A DNA stretch of 64,000 nucleotides. Origin: Amoebophrya sp. A120 (taxonomy: Eukaryota; Protista; Dinoflagellata). Each line of letters opens with the position of its first letter. Position 1 is the first letter of the stretch. A program made the translations under genes and the position numbers. The notes beneath the pieces are model-generated. The model made no database searches. It saw only the letters and a list, made by a program, of their open reading frames with translations, and was not told the origin of the DNA. Location of the stretch: contig CAJINV010000008.1 of assembly GCA_905178155.1 (NCBI GenBank), positions 1 through 64,000 on the forward strand. Reading direction: 5' to 3'. Positions 62,127 to 64,000 of the stretch are shown here, piece by piece.

Positions 62127-63107
62127 CTAGACTATGCGCATCTCTTTGTTCTCTATGCATAGAGATGGGCACGAGCGGCAAGCGGAACAAGAAGGCTGCG
62201 GTGCAATCTGGTGTGACATGGTTTTTTTCATTCTTCGTCGTGTAGTGTCCGTTTGTGTAGTCAATATGGATATGCCTTTTGCGGTTTCTTTTCTCTTTGA
62301 TACCGTATGGCGAGAAAGGTCACTGAGCAACTGGCGCTCTTCGGGGTCGATTTTCCCTTCGGAATTAGACTGGCGCAGCACCAGTTCGCTCGGGGTGGAT
62401 TCTTCCCGGCTACGAGCCTTCTCCTCGTTTCCACCTTCCCTCTTGTCCTCATTATTCTGATTTTTATCAAAGATCCGCTTTTTTACCACGCTGACAGACG
62501 GCTGCGCGCCGTGTTGCGATATTCTGGATGGCGTGGAGCGTGCCTCGTCTTTGTTCAGGATAGCAGTGGCGAGCAAGAGAATCTGCTGCGTCTCGGTCAA
62601 CATATTTTTAGCCGCGTTGTTTGTGTCTACGGGAAGACGCGCCGCCGCGTCCGTTTCATGGGCGGCCGTGCCAGAAATTCCAAGATGCCCAAGCCCGTCC
62701 TGATTGGAGCCTGTCATGAGAGCGGCTTGTTGTGGTCTTCCCTGCGCTGCCATTGGCGGACAGAGCCCGAGCGTTCTGACCAGCTTGTCCGATACACGGC
62801 GCACCAGCCGCCGCTCGAGAGAACTTTCCGCGCCGCGAGTTACTTCCATTCGCCAGGGGTTCAGATGTCGCATACACTGGATCTTTTTGGACCTTAGAAA
62901 GCTGTTTACGCGATACCGGGTTAGCGCCATATTCTTATCGCCGCAAAAGTGAAGATGCTCGACGGTGCTCCTGCCCTGCCCCTGATTGTGTGACTCTTGC
63001 TGGAGCTGCTGCTCATCTGTAGAGATTCGAGCTTCGCCTCCAGCAATACCATCTTTATTTCGATTTTGATTTTCAGTTGATGTTGAACAAACTCGCTGTC
63101 GCTTCAC
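62127..63107 (-). CDS. Exon of an uncharacterised protein
   Basis: 326-aa ORF just downstream of a TTGCAG acceptor-like site; possible further exons near 59630-59840. Confidence 0.5.
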   Translation of the reverse strand: MKRQRVCSTSTENQNRNKDGIAGGEARISTDEQQLQQESHNQGQGRSTVEHLHFCGDKNMALTRYRVNSFLRSKKIQCMRHLNPWRMEVTRGAESSLERRLVRRVSDKLVRTLGLCPPMAAQGRPQQAALMTGSNQDGLGHLGISGTAAHETDAAARLPVDTNNAAKNMLTETQQILLLATAILNKDEARSTPSRISQHGAQPSVSVVKKRIFDKNQNNEDKREGGNEEKARSREESTPSELVLRQSNSEGKIDPEERQLLSDLSRHTVSKRKETAKGISILTTQTDTTRRRMKKTMSHQIAPQPSCSACRSCPSLCIENKEMRIV

Positions 63108-63129
63108 ACTGCAAGTTGTGCGCTTGTAA

Positions 63130-64000
63130 GAAACACGCCAAGCAGGTTTCCTTGGAGAAAACTAACCGAGAGGGGCCCTGGCTTCTTCCCCCCCATACGA
63201 TTTCCCTAAAGAAAAAAAAACCGGGCCCACCCCTCCCCACATCCCCAAATCGGCGGCCTTTCCCTGGGTGCCCAGCTAGGTAGCGCGCGGGGCCAGCGGC
63301 CTGCCCCTGCAAAGGCACACACCGGGCCGCCTACCATCAACGCAGTGCGGTAGGTGTCGCCGGCCAAGGTCGCACGCGACAGCTGCGGCGCGCGAAGCTT
63401 CTACATCCTGAGCCCGGCGGCCGGGCCGGCCGGGCTTCAACAGCCCTGCTCGTTACCCGCAAAAACCTGCACAATCTTGCGCCGGACCCTCCGCCCGCCA
63501 CAGTTCTTCGCCCCTTCGTTCTTCGCCACAGAAACAAAGAAAGGAACAGCGGCAAGGCCAGCACACTGCCTTCTTACAGAGGCAACCCCGCTGAAGGTAG
63601 GTCCCAACCTGTCAGAGCAGGCACTGAACCGCCGGGGCGGCGGAAATGCAGGGGCAGACGGGGCGCCTGCAATGCTTCGAACCGGGCTGCGGACAAGACG
63701 CCGGCGCGCCTGCGACAAAACGAAAGCGGGCACAGATAGGCCCGACGCAAGTGTGGCGCTGCGGCACTTCGCGTCCATATATGCAAGGGGTGGCCGGCAA
63801 AGGGATAAGGGGCAAACGGGCGGCGCCCGAACGTCAACGCCAGCCGCGGCCCGCATTGCGCGCCACAAAAATGCGCCAAATACGGCAGCGGGCGCCGCGT
63901 CTCGAGGAAGCTGCTTTGCGATGGCCCGGCTCGGCGCCTTGTGTGCCCCTCTTCCCTGCAACCACAATGAGGGGCGCCGGCGTTGTGGGAATTGCCTCCG
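63130..64000. repeat. GC-rich non-coding tract, probably repeat/TE-derived, truncated by the window
   Basis: Abrupt shift to high GC with homopolymer runs, similar in texture to 60989-62026; boundaries not defined. Confidence 0.4.

Noticed and set aside
1-64000. rRNA, tRNA or snRNA genes
   Set aside because: None recognised by eye; a covariance-model search would be needed to exclude them.

Overview
Eukaryotic, intron-containing, gene-dense window in which every recognisable gene lies on the minus strand. This organisation and the intron type suggest an alveolate, most likely a syndinian dinoflagellate such as Amoebophrya (inference). Recognisable genes: a partial ion-channel-like gene, a bacterial-type aspartate ammonia-lyase, a JmjC/cupin protein ending in DEEL, Sec62, a PP4R1-like HEAT protein, cold-shock/OB-fold proteins, BolA, a giant low-complexity protein, a Cys-rich surface protein, the splicing factor SYF1/XAB2, a CREG-like protein and a TSP1 adhesin. 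The main signal is 17 short inverted-repeat elements (151-338 bp, one cut by the window edge) in about five families. Nearly all begin TAT and end ATA, most are flanked by a perfect or 4/5 5-bp direct repeat, and all interrupt coding sequence. For the 16 complete elements, removing the element plus one repeat copy restores the reading frame, so they behave as transposon-derived, mostly non-GT-AG introns (introners). One family occurs in both orientations, and families with unrelated ends share an internal GCAT[G/C/T]ACAA motif. A 1038-bp GC-rich TIR element with a 5-bp TSD lies near the right end. No transposase was recognised. All coordinates and splice joins were read by eye.
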